DNA of 32,000 nucleotides, from assembly GCF_014280175.1 (NCBI RefSeq), contig NZ_CP047931.1, positions 570,001 through 602,000 on the forward strand, in the 5' to 3' direction. This DNA comes from Synechococcus sp. A15-28. Lineage in GTDB: Bacteria; Cyanobacteriota; Cyanobacteriia; PCC-6307; Cyanobiaceae. The notes under the pieces are model-generated. The model saw only the letters and a program-made list of their open reading frames with translations, was not told the DNA's origin and did no database searches. The position numbers were made by a program, and so were the translations under genes. This document shows positions 31,296 to 32,000 of this stretch, in pieces. Within the stretch, counting starts at the first letter, position 1; every line of letters begins with the position of its first letter.

Positions 31296-32000
31296 TTAGC
31301 AGCGCTTCCAGGGGCGTTCGAGCACAGCCGCCACCAGAGCCATCGCAGCCAGAAGCAGCAAGACCGGCTCCAGCCCGACGCTGCTCACCAAGGTGCCGGC
31401 CAGCACCAGAGGAAGGCTCAGGGCGATGTTGATCAGGTTGTTCTGCAGTCCGAACACCCGTCCCCGCTCCCGCTCCGGTGTGTCCTCCTGCAGGGTGGTC
31501 TGGGCCGGTATCGCCACCAGTGCGGCGCCGATCCCCAGAACGGTGCAGAGCAACAGGGTGACTAAAAGGCGACCTTGCAACTGCCCCAGCATCACCAGGA
31601 CGAAGGTGATGGTGGCCAGGCCGGTGGCACCGAGGTGATGACGGCTGATCTGATGGCCCACCTGGGCCGTGACCACGGCCCCGATGGCCATGCCGAGGCC
31701 GCTCATGGCCAGCAGCGTGCCGAAACCGGTTGGACCGAGGCTGTTGATCGAGCCGGCCAGGCTGATGGCCAGCACGTACATGGCGGCCAGCAGGCTGTAC
31801 AGCAACACCAGGTTGCGCATCGCCCGCCGCACCGTCGGGCGTTTCACCAACACCTGCAGCCCCTCTCGGACCTCGTCCAGGATGCCGACATCCCCGGCTT
31901 CCCGGGGCGCTTCGCGCATCTGGATCGTGCTCAGACTCACCGCGGCCAGCCCATAGCAGAAGGGCAGCAGCAGAAACTCACCGCCCGCGAGGCCGATCCG
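31296..32000 (-). CDS. MFS-type transporter, C-terminal part (5' end outside window)
   Basis: The frame stays open past GTG 31940 to the window edge. It contains repeated hydrophobic helices (LLYSLLAAMYVLAISLAG, LLAMSGLGMAIGAVV, LLLCTVLGIGAALVAIPA) and RVFGLQNNLINIALSLP, typical of an MFS C-terminal half. Confidence 0.6.
   Translation of the reverse strand, partial: RIGLAGGEFLLLPFCYGLAAVSLSTIQMREAPREAGDVGILDEVREGLQVLVKRPTVRRAMRNLVLLYSLLAAMYVLAISLAGSINSLGPTGFGTLLAMSGLGMAIGAVVTAQVGHQISRHHLGATGLATITFVLVMLGQLQGRLLVTLLLCTVLGIGAALVAIPAQTTLQEDTPERERGRVFGLQNNLINIALSLPLVLAGTLVSSVGLEPVLLLLAAMALVAAVLERPWKRC

Noticed and set aside
1-32000. HIP1 (GCGATCGC) palindromes and rRNA/tRNA genes
   Set aside because: I saw no GCGATCGC occurrence while reading the sequence. 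Every intergenic gap is under 170 bp, with no structured-RNA-like segments. A computational scan should confirm this.

Overview
This 32 kb window comes from a compact, high-GC picocyanobacterial chromosome. It is most consistent with a marine Synechococcus: it carries the cyanobacteria-specific genes pipX-pipY, DUF1997, DUF1823 and sepF-proC, and it has almost no intergenic DNA. Hand-counted 60-nt lines in the flanks give about 50-68% GC. Housekeeping genes fill 1-5003 (BASS transporter fragment, Ski2/HelY-like helicase, fumC, DUF1997) and 16096-32000 (rfbA-C-D-B, ICMT-like methyltransferase, mtnD, cobI, BcsA-like synthase, dus, DUF1823, der, cbiQ/ecfT, pipX, pipY, sepF, proC, a GT4 glycosyltransferase, MFS fragment). 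Between them lies a compositionally foreign, mosaic block. Sampled lines give about 38-48% GC for kpsM, 55-58% for kpsE and 22-47% for 7.1-16.1 kb. The block encodes a translationally coupled KpsM/KpsE export pair with no ATPase. It also encodes two paralogous giant multi-domain glycosyltransferases (one with an RgpF rhamnan-synthesis domain), a sulfotransferase, and two proteins I cannot place in any family. The block joins the native-composition dTDP-L-rhamnose operon through overlapping start and stop codons. My best candidate for an undescribed system is this ABC-transporter-type locus for a rhamnose-containing, probably sulfated, surface glycan. Within it, the orphan module at 10168-13690 (coiled-coil protein, internally duplicated protein, N-terminally extended sulfotransferase) may be a chain-terminating or chain-length device. 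All domain calls are by-eye motif recognition; no searches were run. I found no rRNA, tRNA, CRISPR array, transposase or integrase.
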